Assembly: GCA_937625935.1 (NCBI GenBank) | Contig: OW569371.1 | Coordinates: 1-64,000, forward strand | Length of the DNA: 64,000 nt | Source: Tetramitus jugosus | Taxonomy: Eukaryota; Protista; Heterolobosea | Direction: 5' to 3' | In this document: positions 32,761 to 48,200 of the stretch, in pieces | Layout: every line of letters begins with the position of its first letter | Position numbering within the stretch: the stretch's first letter is position 1 | Made by a program: the position numbers and the translations under genes | Notes under the pieces: model-generated | Told to the model about the DNA's origin: nothing | What the model saw: only the letters and a program-made list of their open reading frames with translations | The model's database searches: none

Positions 32761-34944
32761 ATGAGTATGGAAGAAGAGGAGAACAATGATGATGCAACAA
32801 CAATTGCATTCAAGATGCTTCAAGATGTTCAACTAGGAAATGAAATTGGACTGTTGCGATGGTGTCATACGATGGATCTGTTGGCGCTTTCATTCTCCAA
32901 TAACCAAGTCCATATCATTCGTCCCTCCAATCTTCAACGCTTACACATTGTTCATCCCTCCCAGTTATCCACTCAAAACTCATCAAAGGTATCAGGCATT
33001 GATGACTTGTGTTGGAGTGCAGATGGATTGTTGTTGGCTATTGCTTCATCGAGTGTAGAATCGAATCGTCATGCAATTGATTTGTTGGATTTGGAGAGTG
33101 GTCAAATTGTGTTCTCTACTGAGATTGTCAGTAAGCGATACTGTAAATTATATTGGATGAATCATGAACAGATGATTGATAATGTGCAGTCCATGTTGGA
33201 TCGGCGAACGAGTCAATTGGATTATAGTTTGAGACCGTTGGTTGTGTTACCTGAATTTGCGAGTTTGGTCAATACAAGTACCAAGGTACAGGCCGATATG
33301 TTGCATCACGCTCTGTTGAGACCCATGAATTCGTTCCATGTGTTGATTGCATTGTCAGAGGATCGCTCCCTTGATTTCTTTGCGATGGGTACCATGTTGA
33401 TCTTTTCAATTGATTTGTCCGTATTGTTGTCAGATGGCGATGAAATTACAAACATTAGTGTGCTCAAGGATTTGTCTCATATTGTTGTGTGCTTGGAGAA
33501 TGAGATGAGAGAGAGTAGAGTGTTGACTATATCTTTATCTTCTATGCTCCAACGCGATTCTGCCTTGGATTTCACTTCTGCTTATAACCACTTTATCCAT
33601 GCACATGATATCTTGTGTGATGATATATTGTTGAAATCTTCTGAAACACAAGAGAGCTCAAAGATTGGACGGTGTATTCATGTGATGCACACGATATGGG
33701 AGCAACTCTTTAAGAAACAGTTTTTACCTTTGTTTGATGAGCTGAATAACAATATTGTACGAGAAGATCTTCTGGTACAGAACAATGATCCAAGTGATAA
33801 CATTAATAATGCTCTGATTACATTGTTAGTTGCAGGTACAGTGGATCATCCAACATTGCAGTGGCTATCTATTAACGCAAATGATCAAAACTTAACCAAG
33901 TTAGTTCGATCGCTGCGTCAAGTGCATCAAGCATTAACAACCTACATTATCGACTACTTACAAGGTTATGTAGAAAACTTAATTGTTCGATTTTCTAACT
34001 TGTTTATAGGTGATTCAAAGTTGGTTCAAATCTGTCAGACTCTATATTCCCAATGTCAGCAAACGTTGAAGCAATCCAATATACTATTTCAGCAACTGGA
34101 TCACTTGTTGGAGTTTATTAGGCACGCACAACTACGGATTTGTGGCAAATCTAAAACAAGTCAGAGATTGCAGCAGCTAAATCAATTTGTTCCACTACCA
34201 TTACGCCCTTATGACGTGAAGCAAGTAACTAGTTGCCTCAGATCACCTTGGATGTCTGATCAACTCTCGGACATGTTGAAGCAACTACAGAGTCAATATA
34301 GTCAATTGAAAGAAGCGTATGCTGCAGCCTTGAGTCTTCGAGTCAATGAACGATCATCCAACTTGGCGAAACACATTTTTCCTACTGCGAGGCAACAGCC
34401 TGTGTTCCAAGGTCAGGTTCTATCAATCCAAGTATGTATCAACTCAAATAGATTTATGTCGTTTTTGTTAGCACCTTTGTTTTATTAACCATCAGGTATA
34501 TTTTCTGTATGACAGTCATCTGCTAAAATATGTACGCTGGTGCAATTGATGGAGACGGATCAAGGCGAACAATACCTCCACTTAACAAAGATTGAGCCTC
34601 TGGGCTCTCCTTCGACAACAACCATTTGCATTCCAGATGGATTCTCAATCGAGTTTTGTAATATTTATGACGACGATCAATTATTTTGCTTGCTGCGGAA
34701 TCAGGCAGAAGACACTGCTGGCCAGATGGCCATGGTGACATGCAGTTATTCAGACTGCACGTGGACTACCAATGCAACTGATGCGGAAGAGATGCAAATC
34801 ACCAAGCATCGACTGCTCGAGAAAGGCGAGCTCCGTGGTGTTGACATTGTTGGCGGCAAGGTTCGTATGGGATGCATCGTGACCAATGTTGACGACAAAC
34901 CTGGTTCAAACATTTGTATCTTCGATATGGAAGATGACGAATAA
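32761..34944 (+). CDS. ANAPC4: Anaphase-promoting complex subunit 4
   Basis: WCHTMDLLAL...RPSNLQRL and LCWSADGLLLAIA are characteristic of the APC4 WD40 domain, followed by a helical bundle. Intron 34432-34515 (GTATGT...CAG). C-terminus IFDMEDDE. Confidence 0.85.
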
Positions 34945-35097
34945 TAAAGCACGTACTCATCAATTGATTTCTATAAAAAGTTTGAAAATGGTTTATCAGA
35001 CCGAAGAACCTAGCAATTGAATCATAGTGGAATAGTAGTAGTTATAGTAGTTACAGTAGTCGTACATGATCAGAAGAACAAATTTGTGAGTGTGAAT

Positions 35098-35746
35098 TCA
35101 CAAGTGATGATAAGCATCTTGCTTGCCCATGCAATTCCTCACTCCACTCTTCAACAAAACAAGCATCAAATAGCAGCAAAATCCTAGTCCAAGCACACCA
35201 GGAATCGCAATGGCAACACTCACAAACACAATCTCCAACACGTGATCAAACTCATCTTGATCAATCTGTTTCTGTCTCAACTGAATCAACTCATCCTGAA
35301 ACGAATCATCATTCACCAATGAAAAATAACTATTGTTGCCTACAATGTGATCATTGTTCAATTTGACTACACCAAAAGTCAATAGTTGATCCACGAGAAT
35401 TACATCCCGAAACACATCCATATTCTTCCATCCTTTTTCATCATTTTCAAGTTCATTACTATTACTCCTACTATTACTACTATTACTACTACTTGTGTGA
35501 TTGTGAGGAGGTGTAGGTGGTGGATGTGGATGATGATAGGAATATCTGAGGTGAACACGATACAAGTACCGTATCGTACTATTCTTTGGATTCAAATTCC
35601 ATAATTGTGCAATTTTTCCCTCGACTGTTTCACCGTGTTGCAATGGAAAGAGATTGTTGCTGTTGACGAGTGATGACATCATCCAATTTTGACGACATTC
35701 AACTGTTGTTATCATGATGATGGCAATCATGATGAGGATGAATGAT

Positions 35747-35778
<32 letters not shown>

Positions 35779-35841
35779 GGCCATCAGTGAACTACTACCA
35801 TGCTTGTTGTTGAGATTAGTCGACAAATGTCGTAATGTCAT
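35098..35841 (-). CDS. Predicted single-pass membrane protein
   Basis: Likely start is ATG 35841. N-terminal hydrophobic signal (MLSFILIMIAIIMITTVEC) and a C-terminal TM (IVFVSVAIAIPGVLGLGFCCYLMLVLL). Confidence 0.65.
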
Positions 35842-36226
35842 TTTTGTGTGGTGGTTGGGTGTTTTTATTCGCGAGTGGGAAATTTTCGAAAGGGAGAATA
35901 GCAAAAATCTTGTGATCCTTTCCGACGCAAGAAAACACATTCTCCAACATGGATCCATGTTTCACTTGATCATGTGTTGATTTTATTTTGGCAAGAGAAT
36001 AGAAATTTCATATCACAAGGTTGTCATCGATCTGGGCATGGGAAATGATTTTCGGTGCCCTGATTTTATGAGAGGAAAAAAAGCGTGATCGGAGTTTAAT
36101 TTAGTTTTTGAAGGTGTTCATCTGTCGTAGATTTAAAGAAAGTACTTTACAGTTTTCGCTTGAAAAACACGAGTGAGAGTAATTGTCTTTTTTTCATCTC
36201 GAGTTGGACGTGTTTGAGCTTGAACA

Positions 36227-39200
36227 ATGAGAGACAACAATGGATCTGTCAAGAGGCTCTGGATGGTGGTCGTTGTGTTGTCATTCTTGTGTGGAATGAT
36301 TCTACAAATTGGTATGTGATTATAGTTGTTGAACATTGTTGCTCGCCACACTTGTGACGTATGATTGACCTCGTACGTTGTGATACAATTGGTTTGATTG
36401 AAAAAATTGATGACTTTACTGAGTGTAGCTCTCGCGGAAGTACCTTCTTGTAGCGATGTTTTAGCGAGTGAGGCCTCTGTTTGCTCGGCTCATGGATTCT
36501 GTATCGCAAATGATACGTGCTTGTGTCATGATGGATATGATTTGCCGAATTGTGCAACGAGAGGATCAGGTCATGTATTTTCATCGGGTAACAACGCCAA
36601 TAGACAGTTGGGTGATCCACTGTTTACGAGTTCTACCACTTACTCAATGATTCGAGTGGGAGATTATCTTGGTTTAATGAGAGTGGAAGTCATCTCATCC
36701 GGTGATGGATTCTCCTTGGCTCTCACAACAAACGGTGAAGTGTTTGCATGGGGTGTGAATAATTATGGCCAATTGGGGCTTGGATTTACTTCGAAATATG
36801 AGGCCATCCCATCCATTCTCAGAGGCGATTTGCAAAACAAGAGAATTGTGTCGATTTCTGCTTGTTTTTATCATGCATTGGCAGCTGATGTTGATGGAAA
36901 TGTTTATGCATGGGGATCTAACAATGCCGTTGATGAAAAGGGACAAACGGCTAGCGGGTGGCTTGGTGTTCCTTCTGGAACCAATTTTTACTCCCCGAAG
37001 AAGGTGAGCGGTCCCGCTGCTTTTACAAATGTGATCAAAGTCAGGTGTGGAAAATATCATTCCATAGCGCTCAGTTCGGCAGGTGCAATATTTACTTGGG
37101 GTGCACCCAATGATGGTCAAATTGGTGATGGGAGGTTAGGTGGGAGTTCTAGACCCTCTCCCCGCAGAATTTCTGTAATATCTGAAGAATCTGGGTCCGC
37201 GGTTTCTTTTGTAGATGTTGCCACTGGTGAGAGACACAATATTGCATTGGGTGAGAAGGGATCAGTGTGGACTTGGGGTGCCAATGATTTGGGACAAGTA
37301 GGTTACGGATATACAGCAGCAGCGATGCCAATTCCTATTCTTCTATCCTCTGTATCATCGATTGTTGGAGTGGCTGCTTCCAAAAGTTCCACATATGCAT
37401 TGAAGAATAATGGTCAAATGTATTCATGGGGATCCAATAGCAACGGTGAGCTTGGTAATTCAAGTATAACAACGTTCTCAGTTTCCCCTGTTTTGGTGAC
37501 CATGATGCCGCCAAGTGTCATTGTCAAGTCTGTAGTCTCTGGATTTTCTGCTACTAATATTTATGCGATCGCTTCAGACTCTACTGTCTATTCTTGGGGC
37601 AATAATGCCAATGGGCAATTTAGTATTGGATCAGTGGGCACTAAATACATTTCTCCAATGGTGATTGGAGCCCCTTATCTCGCCAGCACTATTACAAAGA
37701 TAACTCCGGGATCAACCCATTCTATGTATCTAGTTGATTCCTTGACTTGCTTCTCAATATTTGAAAAGGATCCTTTGGTATGCTCAGGTCACGGAGATTG
37801 TACATCGAATGATGTTTGTGGATGTAGGAGTGGGTATACTGGATCTGATTGTAGTTGGCCCTCTTGCTTTGGCAGGGATGCATCAGATAGCGCGGTTTGT
37901 TCTGGTCACGGACAATGCTTAACAATTGATACCTGCATGTGTCATCAAGGTTATTCGGGTCAGAGTTGTGAAAAGAAAGACGAAGGTTTTCTCTATGCGT
38001 CCGGCGATAATAGCTTTGGACAATTGGCCGATAACTTAGGAAGGACTGGTGTCTCTAGAATGATTCCTATTCATTCTTGTGCATTTGATGGAATACACAT
38101 CAACTCTGTTGCATCTGGTATGTCTTACTCATTGATTCTATTGGTCAATGGCACACTATTTTCAGTTGGAAAGAATGATCATGGTCAGTTGGGAGATGGC
38201 ACAACCACGAAAAGAGGTAATCCAGTGAGAGTTGAAGGATTCTTCAACGGAACTATTCTGGCTATGTGTGCAGGGTTAACTCATTCATTGGTAGTTGATG
38301 AAACAGGAAGCGTTTGGTCATTCGGAGACAACAGTCATGGTCAATTGGGCACTGGCAACGCTGATCAAGCATCCACACCAGTTAAAATAGGAGGTGCTCT
38401 CACAGGTGAACAAGTTGTTTCTGTAGCATGTGGTTCATTTCACAGTGTTGCTCTTCTCAACAATGGAACTGTTCTTGCATGGGGGAGAAATCATTTTGGG
38501 CAGTTGGGAGATGGCACAACCGTGCAGAAAACACTTCCTCAGACTGTTTTATTGACTGGATTGTTGTACAAAAGAAGAGTGGCATCAATTGCAGCGGGAG
38601 GATCATTCACGATGGTGATTGCAGATGATGGAACGCTGTATCGATGGGGTGAAAACACGGTTGGTCAACTTGGTGATGGCACACTAAATACAGCAACACG
38701 TGCCAGTGCATTAACAACAGGAGTACTGGCATCAAAGAAAGTGACAGGAATTGCGGCAAGTAGCGATTCATCGCACGTAATTGCTGATGGTCTTCTCTAC
38801 TCATCCGGATCTAATCTTTTTGGTCAACTCGGAATTGGTTCACCAACAACTACATTAAGTTTCCAAAAAGTGGCTGGACCTCTCTCGAACAAAATTGTAT
38901 CCAAGATATTTGCTGGCGTTTGTGATTCTCAGACTCATATCAGTGCAATCACTGATTCTCTTGCTTATGTTTGGGGAAATAATAATTTTGGTCAATTGGG
39001 GGATGGAACAAGTATACAAAGAACATCTCCAGTTAACTATCACATTTATTTCCCTGATCGAGAAGTTTTAAGTATGGCAGTGGGATGTGTTCACACATTG
39101 ATTGTTTATGATCTGGCCAAATCTTGCTATGGCGTATTAGCAGATGAACCATCAGTGTGCTCATATCATGGAGATTGTAGCTCCTTTGATCAGTGTTCAT

Positions 39201-42200
39201 GTGAAGAGGGATACAGTGGATTAAACTGTGATTATTTTGAGTGCAATGGTATAGCAAGAGATTTTTCTTCTGTTTGTTCTGGAAGAGGAGTGTGCGCTGG
39301 GGTTGATGTGTGCTTGTGCGATCCAGGATACTCTGGCTCGAATTGCGAGAAAGAAGTGCGCGGAATAGCTTATTCAATGGGTCAACAATCCAATGGCGTT
39401 TTAGCGAATGATGACGTTTCTTCAGCGGGTTATTCACCGATTCCTCTGTTGGTTGGTGGACTTTTGACCAAAGTTATCGTGACCAAAGTTGATGGAGGAG
39501 ACTCTTTTTCAATTGCACTCTCAAATGTAGGTGATTTATATTCGTGGGGATCTGTCAATAACTTTGATAGACCTCAAAAGATGTCAAGCAATGTGCTTGA
39601 TTGTTGCGCTGGTGTTGGCCGAGTGGTTGCCATCAAAAAGGATGGAACTGTTCAAACTTGGGGTGCAGTGTATGGACTCACTGCATCTCCTTCATTCGAT
39701 GATAGTGAAAAGCCAAAGTCGGTCGCATGTGGTGCATATCATACATTGATTCTGACCAATCTGGGAGCAGTCTACTCTTTTGGTTATGGCGCAGCTGGTC
39801 AATTGGGCGTGGGATCAACATCAAACCTTGCAACTGCTCAGAAAGTATTAGGATTAACCAATATTGCACAAGTAGCGGCAGGTGATTATCACTCACTTGC
39901 TTTGGGAGAGTATGGAGAAGTGTATTCTTGGGGAAGAAATAATATGGGCCAGTTAGCCGATTCAACAGTAGCGGATAAAAAGGTTCCAGTTCTGGCAACA
40001 GGAGCTATCACCACAGAATTAATAGTGCATATCTCTGCGTCAGTCCAGAGCTCTTTTGCAGTAACGAATAAGGGTCAAGTTTATTCTTGGGGAAGTAACA
40101 CGAATGGATTATTGGGTGACTCTTCAGCAGGTACATCCAGACCATTGCCTGGATTGGTTAAAAACATCGACGATATTCAAATGAAAGCTGTTTATACGAG
40201 CAGGATTAATTCTTGGGTCACTGGCATTGATAAAACAGATGCTGGATATTCGTGGGGAATAAACCAATATTCTCAATTGGGAGATAAGAGCACGAACGCA
40301 AGACAGCAACCAGTGAAGCAAGTGGTGAATGAAAACTATCCTTCAACATACTTGGTAAGTGTTGGCGCAGGTAGTACATATTCACTTCTGTTGTTGAATG
40401 GAACCATTTGCTTTGGTTTATTGGCAGATGATGCATTGGTGTGCAATTGGAGAGGAACATGTGTTGATGAGGATCGATGTGCTTGTGATTCTGGTTATTA
40501 TGGAAATGAATGTGGCCTGACAACCTGTTTTGGTGTGCCTTCCAATAGCTCAACTGTTTGCTCTGCAAGTGGAACGTGCATTGCCCATGATGTTTGTTCT
40601 TGCATTGATTCTTTCGCTGGCAGTAATTGCGAAAAGCCAGTTATGGGATATATTTATGGTGCCGGAAAGAATAGTGATGGACAGCTTGGGGATGATTTGC
40701 AGATTGATCGTTCAATTCTTGTGGCAACTTCGTTGCCACTGTCCACTGACAAGTATGTGAAATTTTTGTCTGCAGGATTGGATTTTTCGCTTGCCATCAC
40801 TCGAGAGGGAGAGTTATATACTTGGGGTTCAGATTTTTATTATTACGGTTCCAACACTGGCTTTGGGAGAATTCAAAGAATTCGCCCAATATTGAAATCT
40901 AATCTGCGGTTTGTTTCTGGCTCAGCTGCACAATACCACGCTGTTGCAGTGACTGATGATGGAAAAGTGTATTCTTGGGGTTGCAACACTTTTTCATGTG
41001 ACACTGAATATTCACTACTAAGGACGAACACTGATGGTAACTTCTATTATGAAACAGCGAAATGCACAGAAACTCAATGTTGTGTGGGATCTTTTTCAGT
41101 CGTTTGTACTTCAAATCCAGCAGTGCTCGGATATTTGGGTTTAGGGTCTTCTTACTATTACAGTGCTACACCTCGAGAAGTAACTGGCATGACTGGCACA
41201 GCAGTTTCGGTATCATGTGGATTATATCATTGTTTGGTGTTGATGTCGAGCGGAGCACTATGGGCATGGGGAGACAACACTCATGGTCAGTTGGGTAATG
41301 GCGGTTTTGGCACAAATGTCCGATCTTTCAGTCCAGTGCGAGTGGCACAATCATTAGCATCAGGCGGAACATTGAGTGATGTGAAAGTGATTTCTATCTC
41401 TGCTGGATCCTACCACAGCATGGCTCTCAGCTCTATGGGTGAAGTATTTGTGTGGGGAAGGAATGCAAATGGTCAAATTGGTGATGACATTATTCGAAGT
41501 TCCAACTTGAGTCGATTCCCAAAGAAGATTGTGAATTCTCCATTGTATAGAATTCCAATCAAATCCATCATTGCTGGAACTTCTTCTTCATTTGTGATTG
41601 ACTCAAACAATAATGTGTTCGCATGGGGAAGCAACACGAATTATCAATTGGGAATTAATTCGACAGTCACACAGGCATCAACTCCAGTTGCTTTAGAAAA
41701 TTGTATGTCGATCCATACAATGTCATCGAGCAGATTTGGAAGTGATTTTGTGATTGCGGGAGATTTGAATGGAGATGGATATGGCTGGGGATTGGGAAGC
41801 AATTATGAATTGTTGAATGGAGTGACTGACATAGTTATTTCACCACAATCCACACGGAAACTCTATGCCAATCCAGTGATACAAACATACACGAACAGAT
41901 CGATTGTTGCAGTGGCTGCTGGCGCTCAACATTCTCTTTTCCTACTAAATGGAACATTCTGCTTTGGTTTATTCTCGGATGATCCTTTAGTCTGTTCATG
42001 GAGAGGGCAATGTGTGGCCACTGACGCATGCGTTTGTCAATCTCATTACTTTGGTCCTGATTGTAGTTTAACCACTTGTTTTGGAGTCAATTCCACTGAT
42101 CCAACTGTCTGTTCTGGATTTGGTGCATGTGTTTCACATGATGCATGCTCATGTGCAACTGGATACACTGGTAACAATTGCAGTGTTTGGTTATTTGGTG

Positions 42201-45200
42201 AAACCTATTCAATTGGTGCCAATTCAGATGGTCAATTGGGAGATGATTACTATCTGGATCAATCAAGTCTCACAAGAACATCATATCCACTCTCATATGG
42301 TGAGCATGTTCAATATATTGATGCTGGTGTTGACTTTACTGTTGCAGTTTCTAGAACGAACCAGTTGTTTGTCTGGGGGAAGAATAGTTATTACAACTTG
42401 GGCACAGGAACGACAAAAAAATCAATGAGGCCTTTTCAACTTCTCTCTGATCGCAACATTGTAAGTGCTTGTGCAGGAAAGTATCATGGTGTTGCTGTTG
42501 ATTCTCTTGGAAATGTATTCACTTGGGGAACCAACACTCGATCTGGTATTGTGACATGTCCAAATGGCTCTCCTGCCAGTACTTCTTTTTGCTCTGAAAC
42601 AACTTGCTCATGTAATACCAATACTGCTCCACCAATAATAGGATATCTTGGATTGGGAGGCTCTTACTACTTCTCCACAACCCCCAAGCAAGTTTCACTC
42701 AGTGCTCAAATTGTTTCAGTGACTTGTGGAGCTTCACATACGATTGGCTTGTCTGCTTCAGGAAAGCTGTATGCTTGGGGAGAAGGCTCAAATGGGCAAT
42801 TGGGAATTGGAAATTGGGCGAATTCACTTTCTCCAGTTGTGGTTGCAGCCAGCAGTCCAATTCGAGACATCTTCTCCAATGTCAGAGTCGTTCAAGTTTC
42901 CACCGGTCTATATCATAGCATTGCTCTGGGAAGCAAAGGTGATGTTTACACTTGGGGAGACAACAGCAAAGGGCAATTGGGTCATGGAACAACAAAAGAC
43001 AGTCGACACCCTATTCAAGTATTTACAACAGTACTCGGTCTGCCAGTCATTCAAGTTGTCGCAGGAGATTATTCATCCTACGTGTTGACATCAGATGGTC
43101 AAATTTATTCATGGGGTGACAATTCAGTTGGCCAACTGGGTATTGACAGCACCGTTTCGTTTGTCTCCATTCCGACACATGTATCAAGTTTAGCTGGTGC
43201 AAGTATCGTTTCTCTCGCGACAAGTTCAAGCACAGTGATTGCCATTGCATCTAATGGAACAGCTTATTCATGGGGACTCAATACTAATTCTCAGGCAAAT
43301 GATGGATCAATCACATCAAAGGGAGCACCAACACTTGTTGTGAATCCTTATCCAACGAGGAAGATTGTTGCTGCAACAACGGGAAATATTTTCAGTGTTT
43401 TGGTTTTGAACACCACTTATTGCTTTGGATATCCGATGGATGATGTGATGGCTTGTTCAACTCGAGGAAACTGCACAGATACAGATACATGTGTATGTAC
43501 CAACAATTACTTCGGAAATACCTGCCAATTCACAACTTGTTTTGGATTGAACAACACAAACTTGGATGTTTGTTCTGGTCATGGGTCATGTATTGATCAT
43601 GATACTTGTCAGTGCCCGATTGGGTTCACTGGAAAACACTGTAATCAGCCAGTGTTTGGTTCACTTCGAACAATTGGAAACAATAATTATGGCCAATTGG
43701 GAGATGATTACACAATTGCAAGGACGGAGTTGACGAAAACGTATCAATCATTGGCCGATGGAACTCTTGTTCAACAAATCAGCTCAGGCGTTGATACATC
43801 ATTTGGCATCACAGTTTCTGGGGAGTTATATTCATGGGGTTCTGGTGTCTATGGTCGAATGGGCAATGGTAACACTTCAACCAAACTATTTCCAAGTAGA
43901 CTACTGTCACCAAAGCAAGTTGTGAGTGTTTGCAGTGGATCTTATCATAGTACAGCAGTGACAAGCTCTGGCGAAGTGTTTTCTTGGGGAGTGAACACAA
44001 TTGATGGAACAACAAACAGTTTTTCAATCATAGCAGGTCAATTGGGAATTGGATCTTCCAACTACATTTACTCGCCGACAATAGTATCGGGACTATATGG
44101 AACACCAATTACAGTGGCATGTGGCCATGTTCACACATTAGTTTTGACAAACGAAGGATATGTGTTCGGTTTTGGTGATGATGAAACATATGGAGCAGTT
44201 GGTTATGGTTTGGTACGAAAGGAAACGCTACCTGTTCGAGTTGGTGCAAGCAGCCCAATCAAAGGCATTCTTTCAGAAGTCAAAATTGTTGCCATTGCAG
44301 CAGGTCAATATCACAGCATGGCACTTGGAAACAGAGGTGAGGTGTACACTTGGGGAGATAACAGCAGAGGCCAATTGGGAGATGCTTCAACGCTCAATAA
44401 TCGGCACCCAAGACAAGTTATGAATCAACTGTTTGGAAAGAGTGTGATTCAGATTGCTGCAGGAGCAAAATCATCATATGCAATCACTTCTGATGGAGCT
44501 CTGTTCTCGTGGGGAGAAAATGATGCTGGTCAGTTGGGAATCAATTCCACAATCAACCAAAGTATTCCCACGGTTGTGCAAGGAGTGGAGGATGCTATCA
44601 GTATATCAGGTGGCACATGGAGCAAATATGCATTGGTGGTCACACGAAACGGCACGGCATTCGGGTTTGGAGATAACACTTTTACCAAGATTGGGGACGA
44701 CACCAGCATCAGCAGGTTATCTCCTTCGCGATTAGTGAATCCATATGCATCTAGCTTTTTTGTTGCTGCAGAAGCATCATCATCTCATTCCATGTTCCTT
44801 TTGAATGGTACCTTTTGCTTTGGAATCTTATCTGATGATGAGAATGTTTGTTCAACAAGAGGAACTTGTGTCTCAACTGATCATTGCATTTGTGAGTATG
44901 GATATCTGGGAGTTAACTGCAGCACTATCAATATGTGTTTTGGTTTGAATCAATCAGATAGCAATGTGTGCTCTGGCCATGGATCGTGTGCAGCAACAGA
45001 CACGTGTATTTGTGAAACTGGGGAGTGGTACGGTGAGAATTGTCAAAGTTTTGATTGTTTCAATGTGTCTTCGAATGATTCCGCCGTGTGTTCCGCTTAT
45101 GGTCATTGTATTGCGCCAGATGTGTGTAACTGTACTAGAGGATACACTGGAGAAAACTGCCAATACACCATTTGTCATGGCAGGAATACTTCTGATTCAT

Positions 45201-48200
45201 TGGTGTGTAGTGGAAACGGAAGATGTGTTGCCCCAGATGTATGTTTATGCGACTCTATTCCTAGTCCTGGATATACAGGAGGAAATTGCAGTTATCCTAT
45301 TTGCTATAGCAGATACGTCGAAACTGTGTTCACAGCTCCGACTGCATCCGTTGATTTAGTATTGGACACCAGTATGGACTGTTCTGGACATGGTAGATGC
45401 GTCGCTCCTGGAATATGCAATTGCACAACTGGATATGTTGATGCCTATTGCAGCACTCCGATCTGCTTCGGGTTGAATTCTTCAGATCCTGGGTCATGTA
45501 ATAATGGCAAAGACGGAGTATGTGTTGCTCCCAACAATTGTACTTGTTCTTCAAAAGTAGACAAAGACGGTAACTGTTTATTATCGACATGCTTTGGGAG
45601 AAGTTATATAACTACTCCTCCTCCATGCAGCTCTCATCTTGGACAAGGCAACTGCCTCGATATTGATCTTTGTGTTTGTACCCATGGATATGGCGGTTTA
45701 GAATGTGAACAAAATATCTGCAACGGTATACTTGAAGAGAATACCACGCAAGTATGCCATGGAAGGGGTCACTGCTATCAACCTGATCGGTGTATGTGCC
45801 AATCTGGTTACAACGGAACAGATTGCGAATATGTAAACTGTTTTGGAAGATTAGATGTAGATCCCTCTGTGTGCTCTGGGCATGGTGTTTGCGGTTCACC
45901 AAATGTATGCACATGTGACAATGGTTATGCTGGTAGGGAATGTCAGCATTCAATATGTTATGGATTGATCTCAAACAACACAAATATCTGCTCCAATCAT
46001 GGGGAGTGTGTGTCACCAGACACCTGTGAGTGTGATTATGGATATTATGGGAAGAGTTGTCATCTGGTGATGTGTTTCAGAGTTAATGAAACCGATCCAT
46101 CAGTTTGTTCATCTAGTGGTTCGTGTATTGGTGTTGATCAGTGCGATTGTGTTGCTGGTCGTGCTGGCGATATGTGCCAACTTCGCATGTGTTTCACCAG
46201 AAATGAAACTGACCCACTTGTTTGTTCTGGAAATGGGAATTGCGTGTCAATTAATGAATGTCATTGTTTTAAAGGATGGACAGGTTTTGATTGCTCTCTC
46301 GTAGATGCTTTAACAGCGAACATTTCTTCAAAACAACATATTGAATATTGTGACGACATTGTTCTCGTCGCTTCAACAAACAAGAATGTTGAACAATACA
46401 TATGGTCAATGGTTGCCGGAAGCAACCAAAATCAAATCAACGGATGGTTAAAACAATTTTATCTCAACTCCTCTGTGACGATTCCATTTGTGATGTTAAA
46501 CAATGGTTCAGAGTTTAAGTTCCAAGTTATTGTTAAGGATGGCGTAAAAGTCAGTGAACCTTCATTTATAAACATTACAAGACAAACAAGAACAATGCTT
46601 GGTGTATCTATAGGTGAATCTCTCGTTCATGCCCGAATTGGACGAGCAAATGTAATTGATGCGCATGTTGAACCTGTTAGTTGTATGATTGGTCAAAATA
46701 TCTCTTTCGCATGGAAACAAATTCAGGGTCCTCCATTCGAATTCACAGCCAATCACAAAAGTTTAATAATACCCTCTCATTCGTTTGTAGAACTTGGTTC
46801 AGTCGCACAGATGGAGAGTTTTACTTTCTTATTCTCTGCAAAATCGATATTTTACGAGGAATATGCTACTGTTACTATCAAGCCGATGAATACTCCACTG
46901 ACTGCGTTCATTCAAGGCGGAAATCGACGACTTTTACAATCAGGAGAAATTGTACTAGATGGACGGTATTCCATTGATCCTGACAATACAAAAGAAGAAC
47001 CAAAGTACTTCTGGTATTGCTTGAGAATGAATGATCAATTGTTGATGCACTTTCCGAACCATATCAAAACAAATCTACCGATTCTTACGCTTCCTCAAGG
47101 ATCACTACCAATTGGTGTCTATCAAATGTATCTTAACTTTACAAAGGCTCATCGAACAGACTCTCGCTCAGTTACTATCGAAATACTTCCCAACAGTATC
47201 CCAAATCTCCAGGTTCTCGTACTGACAGATGATATTTATGTTCCGAATAGAGCAAAACAGATTCTGATTCGATCACTTGTCAAGGATCATCGGGGAAAAC
47301 TTCAATACAATTGGTCAGAATTGACTAAGCAACTAACTCTAACAGACAAAACAACTGCAACTCATCCAGGATCTCCAAATTTGATCATACGTGAGAACAC
47401 TCTGCAACCAGGTCGAAATTATACTTTTCAACTCATAGTATCTGATGTCACGGGAGCAAAAGGGAATTCCTCAGTAACGCTATATGTTCGAAGAATGCCA
47501 ACAGCTGGAAAATTGATTGTGGAGACGAGTAATCGAACGACTGATGTAGATGAATATCACTTGTCAGCAACTGATTTCTGGGCTCAGGATGGATTGCTCA
47601 AATATACCTTCGGATATTATGATGAGGAAACTCCTCATAAGATATTTATACCACTCCAAGATAGACCCTCATTGATCAACAGTATCAAGACAACACTTCC
47701 TTCTCCGAAAAGTGGTACACTACTGATCTCAGTTCGAGTGTACGATTGGTACGATGCGATGGTTGAAGTGAACAAGCGAGTTAATATCTCCAACATTGCA
47801 TTTTCGAAAGCCAGATTGGAACGGACAATGGAAGTGTTTCGGTCTGATATCAATGGAGAAGGTAATACTCGTGAGTTAATCACTACAAAAGCCTTCACGA
47901 TTCTTACTACCTTGAATAACCAGAAAAATTTGACGGAGGAAACTACTACGGAGGCAATCGAAATGAAGGAAAACTTGGCTGTCTTGTTAAGTACAGTTTC
48001 AATTGATAGAGATCTGATCACTGAGGAATCATTGCAACAGCAATCAACTCTCTGTAATTTATTAACTTCTGATCCTTCCCAAACTTCGAGGTCTCTACTT
48101 TCCTCTGCTATATCTTACATTCAAAAGATCAATAGTGATCTTCAACAAAACTTTTTGTTTGATACTATCCGCGCGTTGAGCACATGCTCCTCCAATGTAT